A stretch of DNA of 64,000 nt from the human T2T-CHM13v2.0 reference genome, Homo sapiens, in NCBI RefSeq assembly GCF_009914755.1, contig NC_060939.1. One strand, written 5' to 3'. Of the stretch, positions 1-18,362 are shown piece by piece (the first letter of the stretch is position 1; each line of letters starts with the position of its first letter). The translations under genes were made by a program, and so were the position numbers. The notes under the pieces were generated by a model that searched no databases, had not been told where the DNA came from, and saw only the letters and a list, made by a program, of their open reading frames with translations.

Positions 1-1649
1 TTCATATATGCTCAATTGATTGAAAAATGAATTCTGTGTACAAGTCTTCCACTGTTAGTGAAATTTCTTTTAAAAAGCCCCAAGTTTTCCAAAGTGGAAT
101 TGTCTCAAGGATGGGCTTTAATTATGCCAGGGCCCTTGTGAGGTCTAGTCCTGATTACTATGCAAAAAGTGTGTCTTAAATAAGTGAATCACATTTGGCA
201 CCACCAAGCTAATCATAGTATAGGCTTTCACTTCCCTTTATCCTGGGAAACGTGACCTGATCTCAAAGAAAAGTTCTAGGTATGTTTTAAGTAATAACTA
301 CATTATTGCAATGAGTGTGGAGCCTCAGGTAAAAGTCTTGGCACACACACGCAAATTTAGATATACAGATTCTTTGTGTTTCTTAATAATACAATCAGTC
401 CTTCTAAATTATGGTCAAGTTGCATACATTGCACATTCCCTATGAGCAGTGAAATTAAAGAAGAGGTGAAATACATGGTCATTTGCTGTTAGGAATTTAT
501 AACAGAGCAGAATAAAGAGTATAAAAGCATGCATAATTACTCCAAGGAACAGAAAAAAAAAATCATAAAAAAATTCACAACCAATTAGAGGTCTGCATAC
601 ATGCTAATTGCCGCCTGCTAGGGGTGTCCCATCAAGAATGGCAGGCTTGTCCCTGTGAATAGGAGAAGTGTGAATGAGTGAGCATGTTGGTTCTGAAGTA
701 AAAAAAAATTCTTATGTCACAGGTTCAAATTCTCCAGGCTTATGAATATGACACATTAATATTCATTAAGTGGAACACATTATCATTTTAGAAGGAGATT
801 ACTGGGGACTCACTATTTTCATTCCATCACATTTTCCAATTAGGAGTCCCACTTTTGCAAATAATCAGCTTTCTGTTGCCAAGGGCTTTTCAGTTGCTTT
901 CTGGCAAGGGGGTTTGGAGCTAAGTTCAACATTCATTTAAGAAACAGGAAAAACCTGAAGTACAATTATCTTTTTTAATGACAGGTTAATCTTGCTGTAG
1001 TGAACCTGATCAGAGAAGAGCCAAACTCTAAAGGGAGGAAGCACAGAGTCCTTCTGGGGGAGGGGAACTCAGACAATAAAGTTTGAGAAAGAGTTCACAG
1101 TTTTCTTGGTTGCCTGCAATCATTGAGAAATAAATGCACTCTGCAAAAGATCTTGAAACTGAGCAAGGAGAAGTGCCCACATAAGGGGAAACTCCAGTGA
1201 TGTGGAAGTGAGCACAAGGGCAAGGTAATATCCATCCCTGAAGGCTACCAACAGGGCAGAGAAGGAAATAATCAAAACATATCGGCATTTCCTCTAGGTT
1301 AACAATTTAGTTCTAAAGTCAGACACCTTTGCTAAGGTTTATAATATCATTAATGACTTAACCAGAAAAAACAGTAGACAAAGACTGGTTTGATTTTGAA
1401 AACTATCAGATAAGTTTGATAAATTCAAGTTCAATCACCATTAATCTCTAATCAAAGCAGAATTTCTAAATGAAGTCACTTAATGTTTATTTAAATTATA
1501 TATTCATGATTTATTAAGAGATTGCTAAGATTCTTATTTGAATGAAAATAAAAAAACTCACTTGTTCTGCCCTTTTATATTTATGAAGAATTGCATATAC
1601 CTGGCAAAACAAAACATATGCTAAAAAAAAAGATATAAGGAAAGATGAG

Positions 1650-1865
1650 TTTCTCTTCATAATAGCCCACCAGTTCTTTATTCTCCTTCCCAGAAGTAGC
1701 TACTTCACTAGTTTCTTGGCTCTTTTTTCAGAAATCGTCTATGCTGAGATGTTCTTGTTTCTGCCTCCATACTTAGAAGCATGCTCTATGCACGCCACTT
1801 TTGCAATTTTACTAAAAATCTATTCTGGATACAACTTTATATGAACACCTGTAATTTAACTCACT
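1650..1865 (-). mobile_element. Degraded L1ME-type 3' end fragment
   Basis: Resembles the reverse complement of an old L1 3'UTR (ctccttcccagaagtagctact...agtttctt). Boundaries are approximate. Confidence 0.4.
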
Positions 1866-6395
<4,530 letters not shown>

Positions 6396-6859
6396 ATATT
6401 TTATTAAAATATATAGGCAACTTTTCACCAAAACTTTTCTTCTTTGATCTATATTTGGATTTCTAGGGAAGACATAAAATTATCAATTTCTTAAAAGAGA
6501 AAAATGTTATTATTTTCACCTAGACATGGAACCAGTTGTAGTTCTTGCCAAAAGATTTAAAATAAAATTTAAGAGATCTTTCTGTTGGTTTTTAAGTTCA
6601 ATATTGTGAACAAAGCTCACATTTGTGGATAAAGTATTCCCCCGACCCCAATTGTTATCTCTCAATGAGACCTACACATAAATACTAAGCAGACTGAGGA
6701 TACAATTTTAAATTAGATAGCTGACTATTTATTTTAGGCAGAGCCTAAATGAATACAACACAAAGAAAGAATTACAACTATTTACACAGAATCTATCAAA
6801 GTTTCATTGGATAATTAAGAGTTTGCCTACACCACTGGAGGGAATGCTGATTAATAGAA

Positions 6860-6985
6860 TCATGGAAAATTAGAGTATGGAGAAACTCTAGGGATCATCT
6901 AGTCCAAATGATTAATTGTAGAAAATGAGGATACTGAAACCCAGAAAGGGGAAATGTTCTGCTCAAGGTCATGTGAGCAAAGCAA
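6860..6985 (-). mobile_element. MIR/MIR3 fragment
   Basis: Degenerate MIR core atgaggatactgaaacccaga...ctcaaggtca. Confidence 0.55.
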
Positions 6986-7065
6986 GGCCACATTTTCAGA
7001 CTTATTTTTTTCTGAGCTAGTTACATAGCTACAGACAAGAGGAGTTCAAAATTATGTTGATTGGC

Positions 7066-7278
7066 AGGGAACATCACACACCAGGTCCTGTCATGGGGTG
7101 AGGGGAGGAGGGAGGGATAGCATTAGGAGAAATACCTAATGTAAATGAGGAGTTAATGGGTGCAGCACACCAACATGGCACATGTAGACATATGTAACAA
7201 ACTTGCATGTTGTGCACGTGTACCCTAGAACTTGAAGTATAACCAAAAAACAAACAAACAAACAACAACAACAAAAAA
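7066..7278 (+). mobile_element. 5'-truncated L1PA (PA4-6-like) 3' end with (CAAA)/(CAA) tail
   Basis: Canonical L1PA 3'UTR ggagggatagcattaggagaaatacctaatgta...taccctagaacttgaagtataa followed by an A-rich tail. Confidence 0.9.
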
Positions 7279-8934
7279 GCAGGCTTTTGTGAAGGGACTG
7301 TAGACTATTTCAAGATGCAGAAAATCTAACTTCAAATAAAAATCATTTGTACCTTTAAAGTATTGATCCAGTATTAACAGTGGCTAAGCATTTAAGATGT
7401 GATTATGCTCTACATAGAATATTTCCGTTAATGTCCATGCAGAGGAAATAGAAAGGAAAAGAAACCTTGTATGAGTGACTTTGGCACAAGAGACAGTTGA
7501 AAAGGAACCTGGAATGTTTAGAAAAACTATGAATTCAGAAAGGAGGAAGAGGAGAAACTCAAGGAAGCTGACCAGAACTTGATTCTAAATGATTCTAATT
7601 ATTAAAAAGGTCACCCTTATATTGATTAAAAGAGTTGCTTTCCTGAAATTGTAGACCATTAATCCTAGTCTTTTCTCTGGATCAGATGAGAATAAGTTTG
7701 CTTCTTCTTCAACAGAACAGTATTTCATATCTAAATAAAATGTTCATATATTCCTTTAATGATCTTTTCTCCGAATCAATCATCCTCAGGTCTGTCAGTA
7801 AATTCTTATGTAACAATGCTCTCAGAACATCCAAGCCTCAGCCATGTTTCTGTGATGTTCTCATCCGATATCATGATTTATAGGTGTTCAGAGTAAATTT
7901 TAGCCAAAATATTCCACCCTCTAATCTAGTTAAATTTTACCTTCAGGTTTTTCACCATCTCTGTAATATTAAGTAATTGTAATACCTGTATAATTACTTA
8001 ATATTTTAAATTCATTTCACTTTTTCTACTAAGTAGTGATATACATAAATTCAGTTATGATTTTGATGGGCTTATGATGGTTTTTCTCTAGTAAATAAAG
8101 TAAAATATGTAGGAAGACTAAATGTACTGTTGGTGTACAATCTAAAGTCAATTTATATATCACCAGCTTATTTCATTCTGTGCTTTTGGAAGCTCTAGTC
8201 AACTGAAAGTTCCTCTGAGATTATTCTCCATCCTCCCATCTTTATATAAGCTTATTAAAATGAATTAGAACAAATTGCTCATATTTATTAACTGGATTAT
8301 TGGCAGTGACAATAACCCATTAAGTCTGAATTATCTTGGGAATAAAACAGTATGTATCTGGAGGTTGTGTGCTGGAGCCCACATGTCAGAAATGACAAAA
8401 AAAAAAAAAAAAAAAATGGGGAAAAAGAGAATCTAGAGACAGTGAGTTCATGAGGGCAGGACCTTATCTCTGTGATGTTATTCACAGTACCCTAAACGCT
8501 GACCATTGCTCTTGGCATAGAATCCATGCCCACTTTACATTTAGTTTAACCATTAACTCTCACTCCATTAAGGTAAATATCATTGTTTTTTTAGGATTTA
8601 CTTATTTGTTCAAAGATACATTACTAACAAGTGCCAAACTTGACTCAACATCAGCTCTGTCTGACTCCAAAGCTCTGAGTCTTTCCCCAGCTACAAAGAG
8701 TGTCCAAGTCCAACCTTTGTCTATGTGGATTAAGAACACTCCTAATCCTTTTTCCTATTGGCAACAGAGAGACACCAGTAGATTCAAAGTTGTAGCCTGG
8801 AGAGGCTTTGAGTCCAGGCATCAATATGCTCATCCACCATTTCTGTTGCATGAGAAAGACTATGATTCTACCTAAAATTGTGATTACTTGCAGTTAAGCC
8901 AAACTCAAGTTTTGACTAGAAATAGACTGGTTCA

Positions 8935-9277
<343 letters not shown>

Positions 9278-9649
9278 TCATCTTCATTGAATGAACTTAA
9301 AAAAAAAATTCAACTCCTAACTCACCTTAACAGTATAAATCTGTAATTGGCATAAACTGTTAATTAATTTAATTTAAGCAGAATGTTACGTTGTTGTTTG
9401 AACAAATTAAAGTATGCATACTAGTGAGAAGGGAAGAGGGAAAGGAAGAATGAAAAGATAGAGGGAAGGAGTTGGAGGGAGGCTAAAAGCAGGAGACTAG
9501 ACAAGAAAACACTTCCGAAGGACCCCTCAGCCACCGAGGCCTCATTGTCTTCCTCCTGGAAGCTCTGCACATTTATGGTGCTACCCAGACACCACCAGCT
9601 ATTTATTCCTGAGTTTATGATCACATTATAGTGTGACTACAATTGATGC

Positions 9650-9890
9650 TTGTATAGCATTTTAGGGTTCTCAAGATGTTTTCACAACATATGATCCTCA
9701 TGGAAATCCTGTGACACAGGGTAGAACAAGAATTATGTTCTTTGCTTTCAGACATGAAACCGGAGTCTTAGACCAAGTCACTTACACACACACTCATGCA
9801 TGCACACACATGCACACACATAAAAGTGGTAAGCCCAGAAGAAAAATTACTTAAACAGGCTGACTCCAGATTCACTATTCTTACCACTTC
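9650..9890 (-). mobile_element. MIR fragment
   Basis: MIR-like blocks (atcctca...aatcctgtga; tgactccaga...ctattcttaccact). Confidence 0.5.
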
Positions 9891-11106
9891 ACCATGAAAA
9901 CTTCTCTGCTTTAAGGAATTATTTTGGTACTAGTAGTTCATTCAGACTTCAACCAATATGAATAAGGAAGTACAATGTTCCAAGGTTACTGTAACAAAAA
10001 GGACAAAATTGTTGTTCTATTACATGCTAGTGTGAAAAGAGAAACAATAAACAAAGATCAAATCAATAAATAATAAGTCAGAAATTATTAGTATTATGAA
10101 GGAAAAGGAAAGAAAAAGCCCAGGTAAGGGTGATAAGGAAAGCAGGGGGCTGGAGAAAGGTGCCATTTTACATATTTAGAAATAGAATATATTTTATATA
10201 TTGATAGAATTCCATCCATTTAATATCAGTTGAGGAAAGGACATAGAAATGTCATCTTTAAGTATTACTTGCTTAGTGAAACGAATTCACACCGACTGCG
10301 TAGAGTCAGGGATTGTTAAGATCCTTATGTCCTGGTATATGCAAAAGGGGTGTATATTCAGAGTGAATCATAGTTCAGATTCTGAACAAATCCTAACTCA
10401 GTGCTCCAGAAAAACCCATTGCCTACCCTGTACTTTGTTCATCAAGCCTGGAAGAGTGCATTAAAGATATGGGATATCCCTGGAAACTAAGACTATGTCT
10501 AGACAGAGCTTCCAGAGAAAAATAAATAATACATAAAAGACGTGCTTGTCATAAGAACAGTAGATGTGGGATTCTAGAATACACTGAGGTTTACATTACC
10601 ACCACGGCTCAATGTATCATTTGTCACTTTTCAGGGGAAGGCAGGTGTCAAGGGGGTGACAGATTAAGGGCCTGGTGAAAGCCCTCCAGCTGACCAACCT
10701 CATTACCTTCAGCCCACATGTAGCTATCCATCAGTGTTCTGAAGCAGGCACCTTGGAGCCTCTGAGATGGCTCATTCAGATCCCCTTCCTTTGGTCATCC
10801 TAGAGCAAGTCATGTTGAAGTCTTCATATTCTCAAAAAAAGAAGTAGAGGGGCTATTTATAAGCCCTCCTGATATATCATAAAAATTCAACAAATTAAAT
10901 AATGTGGACAAAAGAAAGGAAAGGAAAAGATCTCTCTTTAGTTGCATTCAGCATATATTTATCAAGAGCCTACTTAACTCTTAAGTCCCTACGATGTGCT
11001 AAATCTTCATCTAGCTATTTTTCATGGGCCTTCTCTATCTTACCTTGCTTTAATACTGTGTCTTCCTCCTAAATTTGTATTAACCACGGTGGTTTACCTT
11101 TTAGAA

Positions 11107-11260
11107 CAGAGATGGCAAGCAAATATGTTTATTTTTACTGTTGATGTTGATCAATTAATCATGTCTACCTGAGGTACCAAATGAAAGAGCACTGGGACCC
11201 ATTCTGCTCATTTGACTAGTGCCATGATTTATTAGCAATGTCTGCCATGGCCTCAGGAGA
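11107..11260 (+). mobile_element. MER103C-like hAT DNA transposon fragment
   Basis: Starts cagagatggca and contains gatttattagcaatgtctgccatgg, matching the remembered MER103C consensus. Confidence 0.6.
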
Positions 11261-11469
11261 TAAAAACTTCAGAGCTAGTGCTGTCACTTAGAAAAGCATT
11301 AGGGGAACAACAAAAAATTGCAGATACCTAGGTAGTCTTTAAAGGTCTCAGAAGTATATCAGCAATCATGTCATTTTGAATCTCAAGTCTGGTTAAAGAT
11401 TTAGCATAAGACTAAAACTTAAATATCATGCATTTGAGGCATTAAAATAACTCATGAGTCTTCTGGGTC

Positions 11470-11930
11470 AGATAGTCAGGAGTTCACATTCCAATTTTGT
11501 GACTTATCTTTGGATAACTTATTTATCCTTTATACTACTTAATATATTCATACACTATAATAATGAAAATATTCACCTTGTACTGATGTTAAGATTAATA
11601 AGGTCGTGGAAATAAAAGTGAAGTGTACAGACAGCACCCGGCAGAGGGTAGGAAGCTCAATAAATGGTAGCTATTATTATGCTTAATCGTAATTTAAGGC
11701 AAAATAAACCATTCTGTTTTCTTGATTTTAAGGCAATGTTTACAACTTTACTGGGGAATTATTGCACTGTATTATAGTTTTACTTTTTTTTTTTTTTTTT
11801 TTTACCATTTGTCTTTCTTTTAGTGTGAGCCCTATGGGAAAAGGAACCATGTGTATTCATCACTGACTCTCAGATATAATTCAATGCCTGGTATATAGTA
11901 GGTGGCAAAAGGTGTTGCTGAATGGATGAC
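11470..11930 (+). mobile_element. MIR (to ~11680) followed by an L2 3' end (~11760-11930)
   Basis: MIR tail gctcaataaatggtagctattattat and L2 tail tgcctggtatatagtaggtggc...tgttgctgaatggatga. Confidence 0.6.
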
Positions 11931-12329
11931 AGAAAGAAACAAAAACAACAAAAAACACTTGAGCACATCTATATTCAAGTGCATGTTCCTCATTTGCTAG
12001 AAAGTTTAATTAAAAAAATCATAACTCAGAAATCTAAAGAATTTTTTACTGGGTTTCTTGTTTTTCTTTGTGCCTATTCTAGCTTGGGCTAGGCAATCAA
12101 AGAATCATGCCTCGGAAGAGAAAACTGAAGCAGAGAGACGAATGTTTGGTAGACCCTGTTTCTACATCCCATTTTTTGTCACATTGAACTGTAAGCCATA
12201 CCCTAATTATGGATACCGTATGCTCCTCATTTTCTTTGCCAGGCCCACTTTCAATGTTCTGTCACAACGTTTTATAAGTACATCTATAATTGCCACATTA
12301 TAAGTTTCAGTTTTTAATTCTGAAAACAT

Positions 12330-13985
12330 GGTCATCATAGACATATGGCAAAGACCAGGGCCCAGGCCATCCAATACTCTCTAGAATCTGAAGCAGAGCA
12401 TATTCTGCCTGAAGACTTTGGGTCACGAGTCCCAAACGTTTGTAAGCATCTTCTATATATTTTATGTCTATACAGGCATCTTTTTCCTCTTCTGATAAAT
12501 TTTTATTTGTTTTTTGCTTCTAGGTTCATGTTATTTGGCTGGGTCACCTTCATGCCTCCTCATCAGTATCATCCTCTTTATTTTTGTAAGACATTGACTC
12601 ATCTTTTATTATTTCACCTTATACTCATGTCATTATCTTGGATTATTTAAATGTCCATTTGGGTGGCCCATTCAATTCCCTGATGTCTCAATTCCTTGCC
12701 CTCTTCATCTCCTGTGTATTTCTTTTCCATATCCTGCAAGTTACCATTCCTCATGTGCACATCTTAGACATTCTCAATCCCTTAAAGTGCTGCCATTTCT
12801 TGATAATTAAATTCAGACACTTAAATTTGTTCAGTCATCTTTCATTCAGGTTCTTCCAATTATTTCTAAAACATTTTCTGTTTGTAATTTATTGGGTCTC
12901 CAGTTATTTGATTTTTTCTTATTATGTAAGCCTCTTTGTTTCTTCACTCTGCTTCTTATTTTGCTAATAGTTCAAGGTCTGACGCTTCCCCATTTTTACC
13001 AGTTCCCTAAGATTTTGTGTTAGTTAGCGCCTTTCCATCACTGAAGTCTGGCCAAAGCCCATAACTGAATGAACATAGCTGGTTTATGTGTTCACTTTTG
13101 CACATGGGCAGCTGTATACTGCTGGATACAATTCCATAATTAAACAGATAGGCATTTATAAATGTATAGTCCCCAGTAACAGCTGGAATGTGTCAATTTG
13201 CTCTTCCATTTCCTATAAAATAATTTTGAAACATCCCATTTTCCTCAAGACTCCCATTTTCTTCTCCCTCTCACTCAACAGATAGCTTTGGGTTTTATTT
13301 CATGGAGAAAGAGAAAAAAATATTCCATTGGAAGACATAATTTAACTTCTCAACTCAACTCTAGTACCAACATTTACTTTTCCTCCTTTATTTCTCTGAC
13401 AAAGAGAAGAGCTAAAGCCAATAAATTCAGCTGTATTCTGGATCCTGTCAACTCCAATAACCTATAGAATTTTATTCCTTTAGTTATCCTTTCTCCTGTC
13501 TTCAATTTATCAACCATTACTAGATTTTTCTCACATGCTGCAATCTCTTCTATCCTACAACAAAAACAAAAACACCCAAAAACCTTTTGATATCCATCTC
13601 CTCCTTCTCATATTGCCACTTTACTTTTCTCCTCTCCTTTATATAACTGTATTAAAAGAATTGTCTATACTTTTTGCCTACCATTTCTTCGCCTTACACT
13701 CACTCCTTAAACAATTATATTTTAGTCCTCACCCTCACATTTCCAATGATAATGTCTTCAACAAGATCACTGATGACTCATGCTTAGAAAAGCCTGATGC
13801 TTGAAGTCTTAAGTGTGTTTATTTTACAAGAGCAATGTATACTTTTCATAGCTACTTACCTATTGAGATATTCTTTTGTTCCTTCTAATGATGCAAGATT
13901 TTATTTCTTTTTACTGCTCTGAGCATGCCTATTCTATCTCTTTTGTGAGATTCACTTTCTCAATCAATATTGATATGTTAATGTT
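12330..13985 (+). mobile_element. Long L2 fragment reaching into the endonuclease-coding region
   Basis: ORF 12638..12967 (DYLNVHLGGPFNSLMSQFLAL...HVHILD) resembles the L2/CR1-clade APE motifs GDFNIH...ASQFLDL...GHTLDL. Pyrimidine-rich L2 body follows. Confidence 0.7.
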
Positions 13986-13991
13986 TGTTGA

Positions 13992-14451
13992 TGTTTTAGT
14001 CCTGATCCTCCAAGAAGCAGAAGCCAATACGATATTAAACATGCAAATAAAAAATCTATTATGGGATGGTCTATGAATGAAATTGAGGAGAGAGTCATGG
14101 GACACACATCCATGAATTCATCCCTGAGTAAGGAAAAGAGGAAGAGAAGAAAAGAAGGAAGAAAGGTTGAGTGGAAGTATCCTAAATTGTAGTACAATTC
14201 CAAGAAAAGTTTAAGGCCATTTAAGAGTCCTCAAATGAAAGTTCCCTATCAACAGAGCCCCATATCTCCCAAGAATAGGCCTGCCTTACTATTCCTGCCA
14301 TTATCAGTCATTGTCTGGAGCAGCCCAAGGGAAGTGTGGGCTTGGTATAAATGAAGCCATAGATATTAGAGCACACCAGCTGGATCCCCCACCCACCACT
14401 CCAACTCCCTGCAGTTAGAGATCTGAGAGATTTGTTCCCATGGCTGCCACA
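13992..14451 (-). mobile_element. LTR16-family (ERVL) solo LTR
   Basis: Ends ccatggctgccaca (reverse complement of the LTR16 start TGTGGCAGCCATGG). Also contains cagtcattgtctggagcagccc. Confidence 0.7.
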
Positions 14452-14509
14452 CTCGAGGTTCATAGTTCATGTTCATTTTTGACTTACAATGCTATGTAGA
14501 CAATTCACA

Positions 14510-14826
14510 TAGGGTGACAATTTATAGAATGTGACTGGGTGGCTACTTTACATTAACTAGTCATAAAATCTGAAGAAGTTGGTCACATAAAAGTTGGGGA
14601 GAACAGCATGCCAGGAAGAGTATAGAGTTGCAAAACCTGTAAAGCAAGCAGATCTTGATATAGCAAGGAAAGAGAAAGAAGCTAACTTGGTTAGACCATT
14701 GTGAGCTAGCAAAAGAGGAGTATAGGATACAGTCAGGGGAGAAGGCAGACACCAGATAACAATGGCTTTGTGAGCTAGGGTGAAAAGTTTGTATTTTATT
14801 CTGAATATCATACGAGAAGCTACTTA

Positions 14827-14858
<32 letters not shown>

Positions 14859-15190
14859 GAGGCAGAGTCTCACTCTGTTGCCCAGGCTGGAGTGCAGTGG
14901 CGCGATCTCGGCTCCGCCTCCTGGGTTCACGCCATTCTCCTACCACAGCCTCCCAAGTAGCTGGGAATACAGGTGCCCGTCCCCACGCCCGGCTAATTTT
15001 TTGTATTTTTAGTAGAGATGGGGTTTCACCATGTTGGCCAGGATGATCTCGATCTCCTGACCTCGTGATCCGCCCGCCTCGGCCTCCCAAAGTGCTGGGA
15101 TTACAGGCGTGAGCCACCGCGCCCTGCCTACTTAGGACTTTTAATTAGGAAGATATATAGCTGAGATTTACATTTTAAAAATATCATTTA
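14510..15190 (-). mobile_element. L2 fragment, interrupted by an Alu
   Basis: Purine-rich antisense L2 motifs (tttgtattttattctgaa...gagaagc; gatttacattttaaaa) continue on both sides of the Alu. Confidence 0.6.
14835..15128 (-). mobile_element. AluY/Sc-type Alu with a small internal deletion
   Basis: Poly(T) followed by the Alu reverse complement. TSD TACTTAGGACTTTT at 14821-14834 and 15129-15142, followed by AA (canonical TTTT/AA L1 endonuclease site). Confidence 0.95.
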
Positions 15191-16321
15191 AGATGAGAAA
15201 CAACATCTACAACTGTGGGACTAATTGATACACATAATAGAATAATATATAATTGTCCAAAAATAAAAACAGATAAGGAAGCTCCATATGGACTGATATA
15301 AAATTATCATCAGAATATAATGCTAAGTCCAAATGCAACATGCAGAAAGGTTTGAATAATATGATATGATATGTGTGAAATATGAACATGGATATACTAC
15401 TCTCTGGGAAGTTGCACTAGAAACTGGTAGCAATGGCTGTATTTGGGAGGGTACTTGGATATTTGGGTGACAGAGGTTGAAGGAAGACTCACTTTTTATT
15501 GTGCAGACTTCAGTATATTTTGGATTTTGAAACATTATTCATGGATAGCATATAAACGGAATTAAAATTAAACATGATAGACGAATACATTACCATTCAA
15601 CTGGAGGACCAAATCAATATCTGCAATCCGGAATTGTCACTTAAGCTCCAGACATGTTTATTCAACTGACTACTGGGTATCCACACTTGAAAGGATTTCA
15701 CTAAGCTTGATGTGACCAAAACCGAAATCACCATCTCCTTTTCATCTTTCAAATTTTGGCTTAAAAATTATTTGTTCTGAGACTTCTACTCTGGCCTGCT
15801 ATGCATTCCTTGTCCCCTGAGATTTTCACGCTACTGACTCTCACTACACTGCATTTTTCACATGACATCAACCCTACCTAGCTGTTAACCACAGCATCCT
15901 CACTGCCCAACACAGAATATTGCTCAGAGTACATCTGTGATTTAATAAAGACAGTCCTTCACATGAATTACCTCCTAAGATGCCTAACACATCATTAACT
16001 GAACTAAAATACCACTTAGAGAAGCACTTTTGTAAGTTTGCTATCTGTTGTGGAAAGTAGTAATATAATATTTCCTTTCATTTATTTTTAAACTGCTTCT
16101 TTCAATTTCATAATCTGCTTTCTAAATCCAGTCTTCTTTGATTTTATGAACAAGCTATAATTACTGTTTCCATAATATCAATTATTTTACAGATTGCAAA
16201 GTGAAAGATTGAGAAGTGATGTGATTTAAGACACAGGGGAGAGATACCAATTTAATATGGCTAAGAAGAAACTTCCTTTCCTGGTTTAAACCATAAACAA
16301 TTGACTAACTAACTTAATGAG

Positions 16322-16401
16322 TAGATAGACGGATGGATGGATGGATGGATGGATGGATGGATGGATGGATGGATGAACAGATGATAGATAGATAGACAGA
16401 C
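16322..16401. repeat. (GGAT)n/(GATA)n microsatellite
   Basis: Directly visible. Confidence 0.95.
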
Positions 16402-17450
16402 ATAATCAATAAACAGAAACAGCTGAACCAGTAATCAAGAAAGGAAAACTCTCAAGTACATACTGAAAGAAACCAAGAGGAAACAGAGAGGTGGGGCAAT
16501 GAGCAACAGCTGAAAGTGAGGCTCCTGATGAATTTCCTGCTAATTTGGGGGGATAAAAACCACAGATTCCTGAATAAAGGGAGCTGGAACTACTAGGTAG
16601 CACTAAGCTGGCTTTTACAAAAGATTATTCCATACCTGAAACATGACTTTAAAAAAAAACCCAAAAACAAAACTTCTCAGGTGCATAGGTAAGAGGTAAA
16701 GAAATTTAACGTCTTACGGGAGCTATGTGTGTAAAAGGAATTACCTGCAAACAACAAAGAGTTGAGGGTTACATCATATGTGTTTTTGAAATCCAAATTT
16801 ATACTTCCCAAATGTATACTTGCAATAAGAGACATTTGTTTAATTTCAACTCAGGATTTTGCAAACTAGTTGACCATTGATTCTTTTATTTGGCTTTCTA
16901 TAAAACACTCATTTAACATCTTCACAGGATCCTCTTATCATACCTAAGCAGATATCATCTATAAGCAGACAAAATGGTACAAAACTTAGCCTAGGATTTG
17001 AAAATCCATGAGTTCCTTTCTATTCTCCCTAACCTCCCACCCAAGAGATGTGAGAATGCCACAGAAACACGTGAAGGTAGAATTGCATTTACATTGCAAA
17101 ATTTCATAGCCATGAGTTAATCAACTACCATGAGGGAGAGTCACAGAGAAAGAGATGAGAATGTGCATTCCAAAACTAAGAGGAAAGAACAACATAAAAG
17201 GGCTTTTAAATAGGCATGATTAAAACATTCAAATTAATTTTATAAAACAGGGAAAGGAAGGGGAAAAACAAAGCCAAAACAAGCCATTAATTTTAAGAAC
17301 TAAATCAAATTTCAAGGTTAAAAAAAAAAGATGTTAAAAAAATAGAACAAAACTTCTGTGGTCAATTTGAATGGTCGACTGGATATAGCTGAAGGGTGAA
17401 TTAACGAATTGTTAAATTGATCTGTGAAAGTCACCCAGAATGTAAAACAT
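16402..17450 (+). mobile_element. Ancient L1ME/HAL1-like 5' region and ORF1 remnant
   Basis: gatatagctgaagggtgaattaacgaa...gtcacccagaatgta resembles the ORF1 coiled-coil segment D(T)AEERISELED...EITQN. The sense strand is A-rich. Confidence 0.4.
16818..16937 (+). repeat. 120-bp dispersed direct repeat, copy 1
   Basis: Matches 18244-18362 with 4 substitutions and one 1-bp indel. Confidence 0.95.
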
Positions 17451-18243
17451 TTTCCTTACAAACTTTACCAAAAATAAAATCTATTTTCAATTTTAATTAT
17501 CTCATTTGATAGAATTATAACCTTGAGCATATAATCTCTTATGGTTTCTTCTTTTTTAAAACAAAATCTCTAAAATTGGAACTAATAATAGATAAATCCC
17601 AGTGAATCATTGTGGTAATTACATGAGGTTAGGGTTATGAATGTAATATTCAAAGTGCACATATATAAAGCAATATTATCAATATTGTTGCTAATAAATA
17701 TCAAAACCTTGACTTAGTTCCTTACGCTTCTCTAGGTCTCCTCTAGAACTAATATCTCTTTAGTGTTTAGTCTTTGGAGATAATGCCTAGAATTGATGTC
17801 TTTAGTTTTTGAAGAATACAGATACACTAGATTTTGTTTCTGAAAAATTATTTGTCTAATTCCAATATATATTTTGGATCTTTTAGGCAATATTTAGAGA
17901 AAATTCTAAAATGGTTATCACAATTTCTGTTCCCAGAGTAGTTCACTGCTTTCAAATGACACAAGTTTAGGAGGAGGAGAGAGAAAGCGCAACGTCAAAT
18001 CAGCTTGAGAGAGACAGGGGAACATGTATTGAAGCAGGCAGAAAGAATACAAAAGCATTTTCCACTTTTCATTTTTTGAAAATGCAGTATTCATATACAA
18101 AATGTTCAACCATTTTGTACATTAATATTGGTTATGCAATATTGTACGAAATTGGTTGTACAAAACCAAATTTTCTGAATTTAAATATATTTAAATTAAT
18201 GTTAATGCTCAATGTATATTAGCATATTAAATTTTCTGGGAAA

Positions 18244-18362
18244 ACTTGCAATAAGAGACATTTGTTTAATTTCAACTCAGCGTTTTGCAAACTAGTTGAC
18301 CATTGATTCTTTTATATGGCTTTCTATAAACACTCATTTAACATCTTCACTGGATCCTCTTA
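18244..18362 (+). repeat. 120-bp dispersed direct repeat, copy 2
   Basis: Matches 16818-16937. Confidence 0.95.

Noticed and set aside
1180-1212. NF-kB-like GGGAAACTCC next to ETS-like GGAAGTG
   Set aside because: Short motifs expected by chance in 64 kb, with no supporting context.
8450-8875. 141-aa ORF as a novel gene
   Set aside because: It begins in an L2-like tail, overlaps MIR-like sequence, has no recognisable domain, and is of a length expected by chance.
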